Positions 52,072 through 61,374 of a stretch of DNA of 64,000 bases are shown here, one piece after another. Source of the stretch: Patescibacteria group bacterium (GTDB lineage Bacteria > Patescibacteriota > Minisyncoccia > Minisyncoccales > Staskawiczbacteraceae). Where the stretch lies: assembly GCA_018829965.1 (NCBI GenBank), contig JAHJTG010000016.1:93537-157536 (forward strand), in the 5' to 3' direction. Made by a program: the position numbers and the translations under genes. Each line of letters begins with the position of its first letter. Positions within the stretch are counted from its first letter, which is position 1. The notes beneath the pieces are model-generated. The model made no database searches, had not been told where the DNA came from, and saw only the letters and a list, made by a program, of their open reading frames with translations.

Positions 52072-53502
52072 TTACGCCCACAGCCATCTCCATCTTTCAA
52101 GCCTGGTTCCTTCAAATAATCTTAAAAGGTTTCTCGTAATTACAATCGCTGAAAACACACTGATGACAATACCAATGCTTAAAGTTAAAGCAAATCCTTT
52201 AATAAAACTTGTGCCCAAGAAAAAGAAAATAAAGGCAACGATTATAGTAGTTAAGTTGCCATCGCGAATTGACGGCCAAGCTCTTTTGAAACCATCTGTA
52301 ATACTTTGACTGAATATTTTGCCATCTCTTAACTCTTCTTTCATGCGGGAAAAGATTAGAACATTAGCATCTACGGCCATGCCTATTGATAGAATAAAAC
52401 CGCCTATGCCGGCCAAAGTTAAAGTAACTGGGATAAGTTTAAATAGTGCCAGTATTAAGATTATATAAATTGTCAAAGATAAAGAAGCAACAACGCCAGA
52501 ACCCCGATAAACAATTATTATAAATACAACAACTGCCAAAAGACCGACTAGTCCCGCCCATAGTGATTTTTGTAATGATTCTTTCCCTAATGTAGGGCCT
52601 ACTATTGTTTGAGAAATCGGTTCCCCTATTTTTACCGGTAAAGCCCCGGAATTTAATCTTTTAACAATTTCGTTTGCTCTTTGAATGCTCATATCACCCG
52701 TAATTACTGCCTTGCCACCAGATATTTTATCTTGTACTATCGGCGCATATAAATCATTGATGTCAATTTTTCCGTCGCCATTCGTATCAACAATAGACAT
52801 ACTGTCTAAAAAAATAGCCAAAGGCTTTTTTATGTTTCTTTCTGTAATTTGTTCAAACAATTCTGCGCCCTCATCGTCAAACTGAAGTTGAATTGTTGGT
52901 TTATAACTTGTTTGGTCAAAAATAACTGTTGTTTTTGATAAATATTTTCCAGTTAATTCGGTTGGTTTAAAATAAGGATTTTGAAAAGCTATTTGCCAAT
53001 CTTCAACTTTTTGCATTTCTTCTAAATTCTTTTCTTCTAATTCTTTTATTTTATCCAAAATAGTATTTGTTTCTTCCTCTGCTCTTTGTTCCAAAAATTC
53101 AAGATACGGCGTTTCTCCAATCATTCTTATTGCTTCATCAACATTTTTAACACCGGCTAATTCTACAAGTAAACGATTTTCCCCTACTACTTGAACCAAC
53201 GGCTCTGTAACCCCAAGGATATTAACTCTTCTTTCAATAATGTCACGAAGCCCTGCCATTACTTCTGTTTTGTTCCTATCACCAATAGTGCTTAAATCTG
53301 CCTCATAAGTCAGACTCACCCCACCTTGCAAATCAAGACCTAATCTAAATGGTCTTGTCCAAAAATGAGGGATTTTAAAAGCAACTTTCGTATTCAAAAA
53401 ATCAACTCCTTTATCAAAATAGTCGGGGTAAACAAAAGTCCCAGCTAAGAAAACCAGAACTAAAATACCAATAAAAATTAAATATTTTTGTTTCACCCCC
53501 AC
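52072..53502 (-). CDS. secD: Protein translocase subunit SecD (GTG start as called)
   Basis: LGLDLQGG, large periplasmic domain, C-terminal 5-TM bundle with the GIGMAVDANVLIFSR motif. Confidence 0.9.
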   Translation of the reverse strand: MGVKQKYLIFIGILVLVFLAGTFVYPDYFDKGVDFLNTKVAFKIPHFWTRPFRLGLDLQGGVSLTYEADLSTIGDRNKTEVMAGLRDIIERRVNILGVTEPLVQVVGENRLLVELAGVKNVDEAIRMIGETPYLEFLEQRAEEETNTILDKIKELEEKNLEEMQKVEDWQIAFQNPYFKPTELTGKYLSKTTVIFDQTSYKPTIQLQFDDEGAELFEQITERNIKKPLAIFLDSMSIVDTNGDGKIDINDLYAPIVQDKISGGKAVITGDMSIQRANEIVKRLNSGALPVKIGEPISQTIVGPTLGKESLQKSLWAGLVGLLAVVVFIIIVYRGSGVVASLSLTIYIILILALFKLIPVTLTLAGIGGFILSIGMAVDANVLIFSRMKEELRDGKIFSQSITDGFKRAWPSIRDGNLTTIIVAFIFFFLGTSFIKGFALTLSIGIVISVFSAIVITRNLLRLFEGTRLERWRWLWA

Positions 53503-53606
53503 ACCAAACGAATTTATATCCTACAATCAGGTAAAATTTTCATTCGTTGGTATATTTTATTTTTTATTTTATTGCCCCCACATTGATTATTCGTTTGGTG
53601 TGGGGG
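53496..53606 (-). promoter_or_regulatory. secDF leader with mutually exclusive helices, one of which covers the start codon
   Basis: 18-bp perfect inverted repeat cccccacaccaaacgaat (53496-53513) / attcgtttggtgtggggg (53589-53606), plus a competing local 8-bp pairing with cccccaca at 53575-53582. Confidence 0.5.
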
Positions 53607-53658
53607 TTCATAAACTAATTTTAATATTATATCCTATTATGAAAAATAATCAAGGATT

Positions 53659-54231
53659 TTATAGTCTTTCCACAATTTTTAATTCTACACTATCCTTCTC
53701 CGTATCATAAACAGCGAAAGTTGGCTTAAAGATTTGACCTGCAGCTTCACCGGGGTTAATTAATAAGCATCCTTTTTCTTCCCCGCTCGCAACGCTTCGC
53801 TTCGCTTGCCAGCCCGCAGTAGATACAACGTTTCTGACGGGCGTAGCGATGCGGACGAGCCATGGCTTATGAGTATGGCCGTAAAAAACTATATCGTATT
53901 TTCCTGATTCGGCTAATTGTTTAGCCGGCTCTAATTTATGGATAACAGCTATTTTTTTACCGTCTAATTCTATTTCCAAGGGTTCTTGAACAACTTTGAT
54001 TGTCGACGGATTTTGATATTCCTCTATCCTTATATCCCAATCTTTATCCATATTGCCAAAAATCCCAAGAAATTCTCCTTTGAAATTTGCCAAAGACTCC
54101 TTCAATGATTCCGGGCTGCCGATATCGCCGCAATGCAAAATAGTCTTTATATTTTCTTTGTTTACCCATTCAACAATTTTTTTAAAAGTTGCAGTATTAC
54201 CGTGAGTATCAGAAATAATTACGATTTTCAT
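53659..54231 (-). CDS. Metallophosphoesterase (YfcE/MJ0936 family) with an in-frame repeat insertion
   Basis: MKIVIISDTHGN, HCGDIG, GNMD, GHTHKP...INPG. Confidence 0.8.
   Translation of the reverse strand: MKIVIISDTHGNTATFKKIVEWVNKENIKTILHCGDIGSPESLKESLANFKGEFLGIFGNMDKDWDIRIEEYQNPSTIKVVQEPLEIELDGKKIAVIHKLEPAKQLAESGKYDIVFYGHTHKPWLVRIATPVRNVVSTAGWQAKRSVASGEEKGCLLINPGEAAGQIFKPTFAVYDTEKDSVELKIVERL
53781..53860. repeat. GC-rich palindromic element type B, in frame inside the phosphoesterase gene
   Basis: Core 53807-53843. Translated RIATPVRNVVSTAGWQAKRSVASGEE between the conserved GHTHKP and INPG motifs. Confidence 0.8.
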
Positions 54232-54235
54232 CGTA

Positions 54236-54478
54236 TTATTTAATATATTTAAATCTTGGAACTTTTTTACCACCAATTTCTACCTTTTCTAAAAACATTT
54301 TAAGCGGTCTAACCCAAAGCTCGCCGTCGCCCCTCATCCGCTTGCGAGCTTCGGACGGACAAGCATAAAGCGATTTATAGACAACTAATTCTTCTAAGGT
54401 TTCGCTATGTTTGGCAGTGCCTAAAACCTCGTAATTATTCCCTTTAAAATGCTGGTAAATTCCTGTTTTGATTTCCAT
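54236..54478 (-). CDS. DUF1653-domain protein
   Basis: GIYQHFKGNNYEVLGTAKHSETLEELVVYKSLY...LWVRP. Confidence 0.7.
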   Translation of the reverse strand: MEIKTGIYQHFKGNNYEVLGTAKHSETLEELVVYKSLYACPSEARKRMRGDGELWVRPLKMFLEKVEIGGKKVPRFKYIK

Positions 54479-54481
54479 AAT

Positions 54482-55003
54482 TTAAATAATTATTCTCTTA
54501 TAATTATACTTTTTAAGAAATGTCTCCAAGTCTGAATATTTTTTTCCTGCTAACATACCGCCAGCAAAAACTTTTTCCTGCGTAACATCTGCCAAACAAA
54601 AACTTGGCATTTTAAATCCATCTTTTTCTCCCCGATTATTAAATTCAAAATCAATTAAAATAAGTCCTTTTAAATCGTCTAAATAGACATCTACTTCTGC
54701 TGTTCTGTTGTTATAAGGATAAAAATAACGTATTTTCCGAAATCTTTTTCCTTTAAGCTTTGACAATTCATTAAATTCTTCTTTTGACAAAGAAATAGTA
54801 TGCTCTCCCTGTTCCGAAGAATCATTTCCTTTAACTGGGCATTTTTTAGTTATTTCAAAAGAATCCCCTCTTTTACGAATTCTTAAAATAGGGTGTTCTG
54901 TAATCTCTGGGATATAGATATCAATAATCTCAATCAATTTACAGCTTTCCAATCCTGAAGGAATATCTTTTAATAAAAATGTTCTCTCTAATTCTATTTC
55001 CAT
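54482..55003 (-). CDS. CYTH-domain protein (second paralog in the window)
   Basis: MEIELERTFLL (ExExK-like). Start moved downstream of a GC-rich hairpin that the long ORF reads through. Confidence 0.7.
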   Translation of the reverse strand: MEIELERTFLLKDIPSGLESCKLIEIIDIYIPEITEHPILRIRKRGDSFEITKKCPVKGNDSSEQGEHTISLSKEEFNELSKLKGKRFRKIRYFYPYNNRTAEVDVYLDDLKGLILIDFEFNNRGEKDGFKMPSFCLADVTQEKVFAGGMLAGKKYSDLETFLKKYNYKRIII

Positions 55004-55086
55004 ATTATTTCCCATGACACTTTTTATATCCCAGTAGTAGAACTCGCTTCGCTTGTTCACTACGGGACTGCGCTTCGGCTTGTTTT

Positions 55087-57576
55087 TTATTTTCCATGGC
55101 AGTGTTTGTACTTTATCGGACGACCATCTTCATGCTTCGCTCCGCATGGACAAGGATCATTTCTGCCAACTTCTCCTTTAGGTTTTGGTGCCTGCCCGCC
55201 TAAATGCGACGGCTTTTGGCGGGTTAATTCAGCTTTTAAAATATTATTAGCAATAGCAATCTCTGTCTCTTCTAAAAATCTTTGGAACATTCTTCTCCCC
55301 TCTCTTTTATATTCTATCAACGGATCCTGCTGGCCGTAAGCCCTTAATCGCACGGAATCCCTTAAATAATCCATATCTTCCAAATGTTCTATCCAATAAG
55401 TGTCTAAAACTCTAAGAGAGACAAATTTTAGAATTTGCTCCATATTCTCTTTGCCGATTTCTTTTTCTTTCTTATTATAATCCTCTTCTGTAAATCCAGC
55501 CTTTTTAATAATCTCTAAAATATATTCTTTTAAATTATTTTGGTCATTGGTTATTGGGGTTTGTCCCGCGAAGCGGGATCCCGTCTCGCGGGAGGATTTT
55601 TCTAGTATCTCTTTTCTCTTTTTATAAAATACCTCTCGGTGTTTATTCATTACCTCGTCGTATTCTAAAATATGTTTTCTGGAGTCAAAATGAAACCCCT
55701 CAACTTTTTCTTGGGCTGAAGCGATTGCTTTTGAAATCATTCCTGATTCTATTGGCTGGTCTTCTGGAATATTAAAAGTATTCATTATGTTCTTTATCCT
55801 GTCCCCGCCGAAAACTCTCATCAAATCGTCTTCTAAAGACACGAAAAACTGGGAAGAGCCGGGGTCTCCCTGCCTGCCAGACCTTCCTCGCAACTGGTCA
55901 TCAATTCTTCTTGCTTCGTGCCTTTCTGTGCCAATAACGTGAAGCCCGCCTGCTTCTATAACTTTCTTCTGCTCTTCCAAGTCCGGCGGATTCCCCCCCA
56001 AGATTATATCCACGCCTCTTCCTGCCATATTAGTAGCAATGGTTACAGCTCCAAGTTTTCCTGCTTGAGCAATAGTTTCAGCTTCTTTCTCATGATTCTT
56101 GGCATTTAAAATCTGGTGCCGAATCCCCTCTCTTTCTAATAGTTTCCCCAAAAACTCATTCTTTTCAATTGAAACCGTTCCGACTAAAACTGGCTGGCCT
56201 TTTTTATTCCTTTCTTTGATTTCGTTCACAACCGACTTAAACTTTCCTTCAATAGATTTATATACCCTATCTGGTAGATATTCTCTTATAAGTGGCTTAT
56301 TCGTAGGGATAGAAACGACTTCTAATTTATATACTTTATCAAATTCTTCGGCAGAAGTCTGGGCAGTGCCGGTCATACCAGATAGTTTTTTATACATCCT
56401 AAAATAGTTTTGAAAAGTAATTGTTGCCCATGTTTTTGATTCCTCCTGAACATCAACTCCTTCTTTGGCCTCAACTGCCTGATGCAGACCCGCAGACCAG
56501 CGACGGCCAGGCATTAACCTGCCGGTAAATTCATCTACGATTATAACCTTCCCGTCTTTTACAACATAATTTTTATCTTTTTGAAATAATGTTTTTGCTT
56601 TTAGAGCTGATTCTAATTGATGAATCGTCGTAATGTCGCTATCTAACCAAGGGTCGGAACCAAGGCTTTTTATCATTTTTACCTGACCCTGTTCAGTAAA
56701 AGTAGCTACTCTTAATTTCTCGTCTAATTCATAGTCTTCTTTTTCTTGTAAGCCTATTACTAATTTCGCAAATTGATAATATTTTCCGGTCGGCTCCCCG
56801 CCTGGAGAAGAAATAATTAAGGGGGTTCTTGCCTCATCAATTAAAATAGAGTCTATCTCATCAACAATCGCATAGTTATGACCCCGCTGGGATTGCTCTT
56901 GCAAGCTATGAACCATATTATCTTTTAAATAATCAAAGCCGAATTCATTGTTCGTGCCATAAGTAATGTCAACTGAATACGCTTCTTTTCTGGAAACCGG
57001 CCTTAAGAAGTCTTCCATGACCTTAAAGCTTCCTATCGAGTCTCTAATTTTATCTTCTGTCTCTTCTGCTTTCTTATATCCAGAATCATAGACAAAAGAT
57101 TGTTCGTGATTCAAACAACCTACTGTCAAGCCAAGAAAATGGTATATCTGGCCCATCCAAACAGTGTCTCTTCTTGCTAAATAATCATTGACCGTAATAA
57201 TATGAACGCCCTTTTCAGTTAAGGCATTTAAGTAAGCTGACAAAGTAGCGGTTAATGTTTTTCCTTCTCCTGTTTTCATTTCTGCAATTTGGCCTTGGTG
57301 TAAAACAATGCCACCGATCATTTGAACGTCAAAATGACGTTGTGAAAGTACTCTTTTTGATGCCTCGCGGACTACGCCAAAAGTCTCTGACAATAAATCG
57401 TCCACTGTTTTCCCATTAGCTAATTGTTCTTTAAACTCTTTAGTCTTATTTCTTAATTCCTCATCAGAAAGCTTTTGAAGAGCTGCTTCAAAAGAGCCTA
57501 TTTCAGCAATTATTGGGTCTAGTTTTTTTAGATTTTTCTGATGGACATCACCGAAAATCTTTGTGAAGATTGACAT
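55087..57576 (-). CDS. secA: Preprotein translocase ATPase SecA
   Basis: MKTGEGKTL, DEIDSILIDEARTPLIIS, TNMAGRGVDI, C-terminal zinc motif CPCG...HCHG. Confidence 0.95.
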   Translation of the reverse strand: MSIFTKIFGDVHQKNLKKLDPIIAEIGSFEAALQKLSDEELRNKTKEFKEQLANGKTVDDLLSETFGVVREASKRVLSQRHFDVQMIGGIVLHQGQIAEMKTGEGKTLTATLSAYLNALTEKGVHIITVNDYLARRDTVWMGQIYHFLGLTVGCLNHEQSFVYDSGYKKAEETEDKIRDSIGSFKVMEDFLRPVSRKEAYSVDITYGTNNEFGFDYLKDNMVHSLQEQSQRGHNYAIVDEIDSILIDEARTPLIISSPGGEPTGKYYQFAKLVIGLQEKEDYELDEKLRVATFTEQGQVKMIKSLGSDPWLDSDITTIHQLESALKAKTLFQKDKNYVVKDGKVIIVDEFTGRLMPGRRWSAGLHQAVEAKEGVDVQEESKTWATITFQNYFRMYKKLSGMTGTAQTSAEEFDKVYKLEVVSIPTNKPLIREYLPDRVYKSIEGKFKSVVNEIKERNKKGQPVLVGTVSIEKNEFLGKLLEREGIRHQILNAKNHEKEAETIAQAGKLGAVTIATNMAGRGVDIILGGNPPDLEEQKKVIEAGGLHVIGTERHEARRIDDQLRGRSGRQGDPGSSQFFVSLEDDLMRVFGGDRIKNIMNTFNIPEDQPIESGMISKAIASAQEKVEGFHFDSRKHILEYDEVMNKHREVFYKKRKEILEKSSRETGSRFAGQTPITNDQNNLKEYILEIIKKAGFTEEDYNKKEKEIGKENMEQILKFVSLRVLDTYWIEHLEDMDYLRDSVRLRAYGQQDPLIEYKREGRRMFQRFLEETEIAIANNILKAELTRQKPSHLGGQAPKPKGEVGRNDPCPCGAKHEDGRPIKYKHCHGK

Positions 57577-57669
57577 TGCGCTTATTTTACATAAAATTAC
57601 CCTCTTTGTAAATCAAAAAGCCACCCTTTGTTGCTTAAAGCGACTAGGTGACTTTTTATGTTCTTTATA

Positions 57670-58992
57670 CTAATAAATCCTATACGTATGCTTATCTACC
57701 AGAAGACCACTTTTATCTCTTAAAATAATCGTATCAACACTTCTGTTGATAAGATTTTGGTTCATATAAATATGCCATTCGTTTTGAAAAAAGTCTTGGT
57801 CTTTTGAGTGCTTACTAACGCAACCCGAATAACTAAAATTATCATTAATATATGAGGTACACTGGGAATCTGTAGAAATAGCATAATTTGATCCATAGTC
57901 AGGTATTTCGCAAGTTCCTAATACAAGAATGTAATTCTGACAAGAAGACCTAAGGCTTGTAACTTCATAATTTTCTGTCCTTGGGCAATTGTCATAAAAG
58001 TAAATTGGGAATGTTTGATAGTTCTTTAAATAGCCAAGACATTTATTGAGACGGAAATTATTATCCCTCCCTAACGGATTTTGGCTACTTGAAAGATATA
58101 TTCTATCTCCGGATTTAACAAAAATATTGCTTGTAAACGTATTAGAAGGATTATACTTTTCCATTCCTTGAGGGATAGGAAATTTTCCCTGCATGCTTTC
58201 AATGCTCCATCCCGTAATATCAATTTTATTTTCGTTATAGAAATATGCTCCTAGCGTTATTAACGAAGAAGAAGGATTGGTTTTATTTTCAACGCTTGAA
58301 ACCTTTATCTTTCCGAAATAAGGAGAAACTTTAATGCTAAAGGTTCGTATTGCTGGAGTTTTATCAACCAAATTGCCAACTTTTACTCTAACAGAAAAAA
58401 CATATGATTTTGACTCTGCTGGTAAATATATAGTTCTCTCTTTGCCATAAGCGGTTTGCCAATTACTATCTAACCCATATACCATTGTTTCAAACGTAAC
58501 TTGCTGATTGTTCTTGTCTGCTGGAATCTGAGCATCAAATTTAAAAGTAATATTCTCTGTTGATTCTAAAATATCTCCGTTATTAGGACCTGAAATAATA
58601 AAAGTATCTATTGCTTCTGGTAATATTTGCGTGTTTGTTTGCGGTACATACGAGTTTGATTGTCCTACAGCTTTTTTAACAACCGGCGGAACATAGTCAT
58701 AGTTATAAGTAATTAAGGGTTTATTTTTAGAACCGACAGGAGAATTAGAAGCAGCGGATGGAGAAGTAGAAGGATTGATTTGATTATTATTTTGCGCCAC
58801 AACATTAGTATTAACGCTTCCTGAATAGCCAACCAATTGAGCAGTTAAAAACCTCCCGATGTCTTTTAGCTCAATACCTAATTTATTGATTGATGATTTT
58901 TCATTTTTAAAAGACTCAAAAAACGACATGCCAGATAATGTCAAAGCAATTATAATGACAATAATAATGATAATGGGGAAAAATCTTTTCAT
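57670..58992 (-). CDS. Membrane-anchored or secreted hypothetical protein with a possible lamin-tail-like domain and a Cys-rich C-terminus
   Basis: N-terminal TM helix. IDITGWSIES...GDRIYLSS is LTD-like. Weak call. Confidence 0.45.
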   Translation of the reverse strand: MKRFFPIIIIIVIIIALTLSGMSFFESFKNEKSSINKLGIELKDIGRFLTAQLVGYSGSVNTNVVAQNNNQINPSTSPSAASNSPVGSKNKPLITYNYDYVPPVVKKAVGQSNSYVPQTNTQILPEAIDTFIISGPNNGDILESTENITFKFDAQIPADKNNQQVTFETMVYGLDSNWQTAYGKERTIYLPAESKSYVFSVRVKVGNLVDKTPAIRTFSIKVSPYFGKIKVSSVENKTNPSSSLITLGAYFYNENKIDITGWSIESMQGKFPIPQGMEKYNPSNTFTSNIFVKSGDRIYLSSSQNPLGRDNNFRLNKCLGYLKNYQTFPIYFYDNCPRTENYEVTSLRSSCQNYILVLGTCEIPDYGSNYAISTDSQCTSYINDNFSYSGCVSKHSKDQDFFQNEWHIYMNQNLINRSVDTIILRDKSGLLVDKHTYRIY

Positions 58993-59123
58993 AATTTATA
59001 GACAGACTGTATCATACTAACATTGTTCTGTCAAGTCCGCCTTAGGCGGGCACAGACCAGCCAATTAAAAAAGCCTTGACTCTTGACTTGGGCTTTAATA
59101 ATTATCTCATCAAATAGTTTAAA

Positions 59124-59666
59124 TTACGGCACAAAAATTGCGGCTGCTATTACTGTCGTCCATAAACCATTTTTATTGCCTTCGGCTGTTTGGGTAACAT
59201 TGGAGGTATAAACAATCTTACCTGACATTTTAAAAACTTTTTCTTTCTCATCCCAAGCGCTATCTGAATTAAACTCAACTCCTAAAGTTGTAGCGAGCAT
59301 TGAAGCGGCTAAATCTTCTGTGTAATCACTTACTTTTTCCTCTGTTTCGCCGAAAGAATGGTGCTCCGAAAGATAGCCATACTGATTTCCTTCAGCTGGA
59401 ATAGCGCAACCGACAGAAGCTGCAACCAACCTATTCGGCTCATTGGTTTCGTTCCTTGCTAAAACGCAATAAACTATTTCACCAGCCTTTAAATCTTCTA
59501 AGCCTTTCTCTCTTGGAACTTTTTTACAGCCGGGCGGTAAAATGCTGGATACAGAAACTAGATTAAATTTCTCAATGCCGGCGTTTCTTAAAGCCAATTC
59601 AAAAGAAGTAAGCTTTTCTTTGGCAGCGCCGACTCCTTTGGTAAAAAAAACTTTTGTTGGAATCAT
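59124..59666 (-). CDS. pdaD: Pyruvoyl-dependent arginine decarboxylase
   Basis: [13 protein letters not shown]...[12 protein letters not shown] (self-cleavage Ser-Ser site). 180 aa. Confidence 0.85.
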   Translation of the reverse strand: MIPTKVFFTKGVGAAKEKLTSFELALRNAGIEKFNLVSVSSILPPGCKKVPREKGLEDLKAGEIVYCVLARNETNEPNRLVAASVGCAIPAEGNQYGYLSEHHSFGETEEKVSDYTEDLAASMLATTLGVEFNSDSAWDEKEKVFKMSGKIVYTSNVTQTAEGNKNGLWTTVIAAAIFVP

Positions 59667-59681
59667 AATATTAGATGTTGG

Positions 59682-59767
59682 GTGTCCCGACTTCGTCGAG
59701 GATCCCCGATGGTTCCGACTTTGTCGAGAATCCTCGACTTTGTCGGGACTTCGCCATCGGGATTAGT
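59682..59767. mobile_element. Nested or double GC-rich palindromic element type A, flanked by a 13-bp perfect direct repeat
   Basis: tattagatgttgg occurs at 59669-59681 and 59768-59780. Interior: gtcccgacttcgtcgaggatcc...ttccgactttgtcgagaatcctcgactttgtcgggac...ttcgccatcggga. Confidence 0.75.
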
Positions 59768-60152
59768 TATTAGATGTTGGATATTTAGAATTTTTTATGC
59801 TTCTTGCGTCCCTTTGTTCTAAATCAATTTTTCTTAATTTATATTTTTTAATTTCCTGCTGCATCTCATTTTTAACTTCAACAATTGCCGTTTTTAAATC
59901 TTCTCCTTTTGCCTCAACTCTTAAGGTTCTACCCGATAGATAAACCTGAGCTTCGGCTCGAAAATAAGGGCCTTTTTTATGATGCCTTGTTTCTTTTTCT
60001 ATCTCAACAAAAACTTTAACTGTTGGTTTGCCTATTTTTCCGTCTTTTCTTAATAAATCAATAAATTTTTTGAGACCTCCTATTTTCTCTTCAATAAAAT
60101 CCCCTATTGCCTCACTTGGTGTTATGTTTTTCGATCTAACAATAATCTTCAT
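59763..60152 (-). CDS. hpf: Ribosome hibernation promoting factor (HPF/RaiA family)
   Basis: MKIIVRSKNITPSEAIGDFIEEK...YFRAEAQVYLSGRTLRVEAKGEDLKTAI. Confidence 0.85.
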   Translation of the reverse strand: MKIIVRSKNITPSEAIGDFIEEKIGGLKKFIDLLRKDGKIGKPTVKVFVEIEKETRHHKKGPYFRAEAQVYLSGRTLRVEAKGEDLKTAIVEVKNEMQQEIKKYKLRKIDLEQRDARSIKNSKYPTSNN

Positions 60153-60306
60153 CTATTTTAAAATTAAAAATTAAAACATTAAGAAATTATTTAAAAATAG
60201 AGATTAAGTAACCTATATAATTGGTTCGCTCGCTCGGAATAAATAAGCAAAGCTTCTTTATTCTTCACTCGCTACCAATTATTAAAAATTACAAAATTAA
60301 AAATTG

Positions 60307-61257
60307 TTACTTAAGGTATTGTATTTCCTCTTTTAATTCTATTCCAAACTTTTCTTTTATTTTTTTCTTAATAATTTTTATTAATTTTACCACATCTTTT
60401 GTTTTCGCTCCACCTAAATTAACAATAAAGTTTGCGTGTTTTTCAGAAATTTTTGCCTTGCCTATCACTTTTCCTTTTAATCCGCACTTATCAATTAAAT
60501 ACGACGTTGGAATTCTACTTCCTTTATTAAATTCGTTAAGTTCTGGAAATTTTTTAAGTAAGTTTTTATTTTTTATTTTTTTAGCATAATTTTTAAAAAC
60601 ACAGCCGGCTGATGGAAAATTCAAAGGATGATTTCGTTTTCTATAGTCGGAGAATCTTTTTATTTCTTTTTGAATTTCTTCTTTATCCCTTTTTTTCAAT
60701 TCTAATATGACGGATAAAATAACAAGGTTTTTTTTCTTTTTAAAAACACTGCTTTTATTACCGAACCTGCATTCTTTATTAGAAAAAGTTTTAATCTTTA
60801 AGGTTTTAATGTCTAAAGCTTTTATACTATGAACGCTATCTGCCATTGAAGACCCAAAGGCTCCAACATTCCCATAAACAGCAGCGCCAACAGTACCCGG
60901 GATACCAACCGCCCATTCTAAGCCGGTTAATTCTTTGTCTGTTGAAGTATTAACTAATTCTCTTAATTTTGTTCCCGCGCCAGCAATAATTTTATTTTTT
61001 TGAAACTTGAAACTTGAAACTTGAAACTTGATTACTAGTCCTTTATACCCTTTATCCGAGACCAGAATATTGCTTCCGCTACCTAAAATAAAAAACGGCA
61101 AATTAAATAATTTTGCCGCTTTTATGGCTTTGATCAAACCTTTTTGATTTTTGGCTCCAAAAAAAAACTTCGCCTGCCCACCAATTTTGAAAGTGGTGTG
61201 CCCAGCCATTAATACATTTTCTTTTATCCCATGTAATATTTTTTTGATGTCTTCCAT
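60307..61257 (-). CDS. murB: UDP-N-acetylenolpyruvoylglucosamine reductase
   Basis: HTTFKIGGQAKFF, ILGSGSNILVSD, AGAG, PSAGCVFKN motifs. Confidence 0.9.
   Translation of the reverse strand: MEDIKKILHGIKENVLMAGHTTFKIGGQAKFFFGAKNQKGLIKAIKAAKLFNLPFFILGSGSNILVSDKGYKGLVIKFQVSSFKFQKNKIIAGAGTKLRELVNTSTDKELTGLEWAVGIPGTVGAAVYGNVGAFGSSMADSVHSIKALDIKTLKIKTFSNKECRFGNKSSVFKKKKNLVILSVILELKKRDKEEIQKEIKRFSDYRKRNHPLNFPSAGCVFKNYAKKIKNKNLLKKFPELNEFNKGSRIPTSYLIDKCGLKGKVIGKAKISEKHANFIVNLGGAKTKDVVKLIKIIKKKIKEKFGIELKEEIQYLK
61001..61031. repeat. Heptanucleotide tandem repeat (TGAAACT) x4.4 inside murB
   Basis: tgaaact tgaaact tgaaact tgaaact tga. Translated KFQVSSFKFQ. Confidence 0.85.
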
Positions 61258-61374
61258 ATTTCTTACTTTTAAACTTTAAAAAGTTAGTCAATGATGAGGT
61301 AACTTTATAAGGTTACCCGAAGAGAACGCCTTACAGATTCAAATGAATTATCTAATTCTTCTTTGCCCAGCCTT

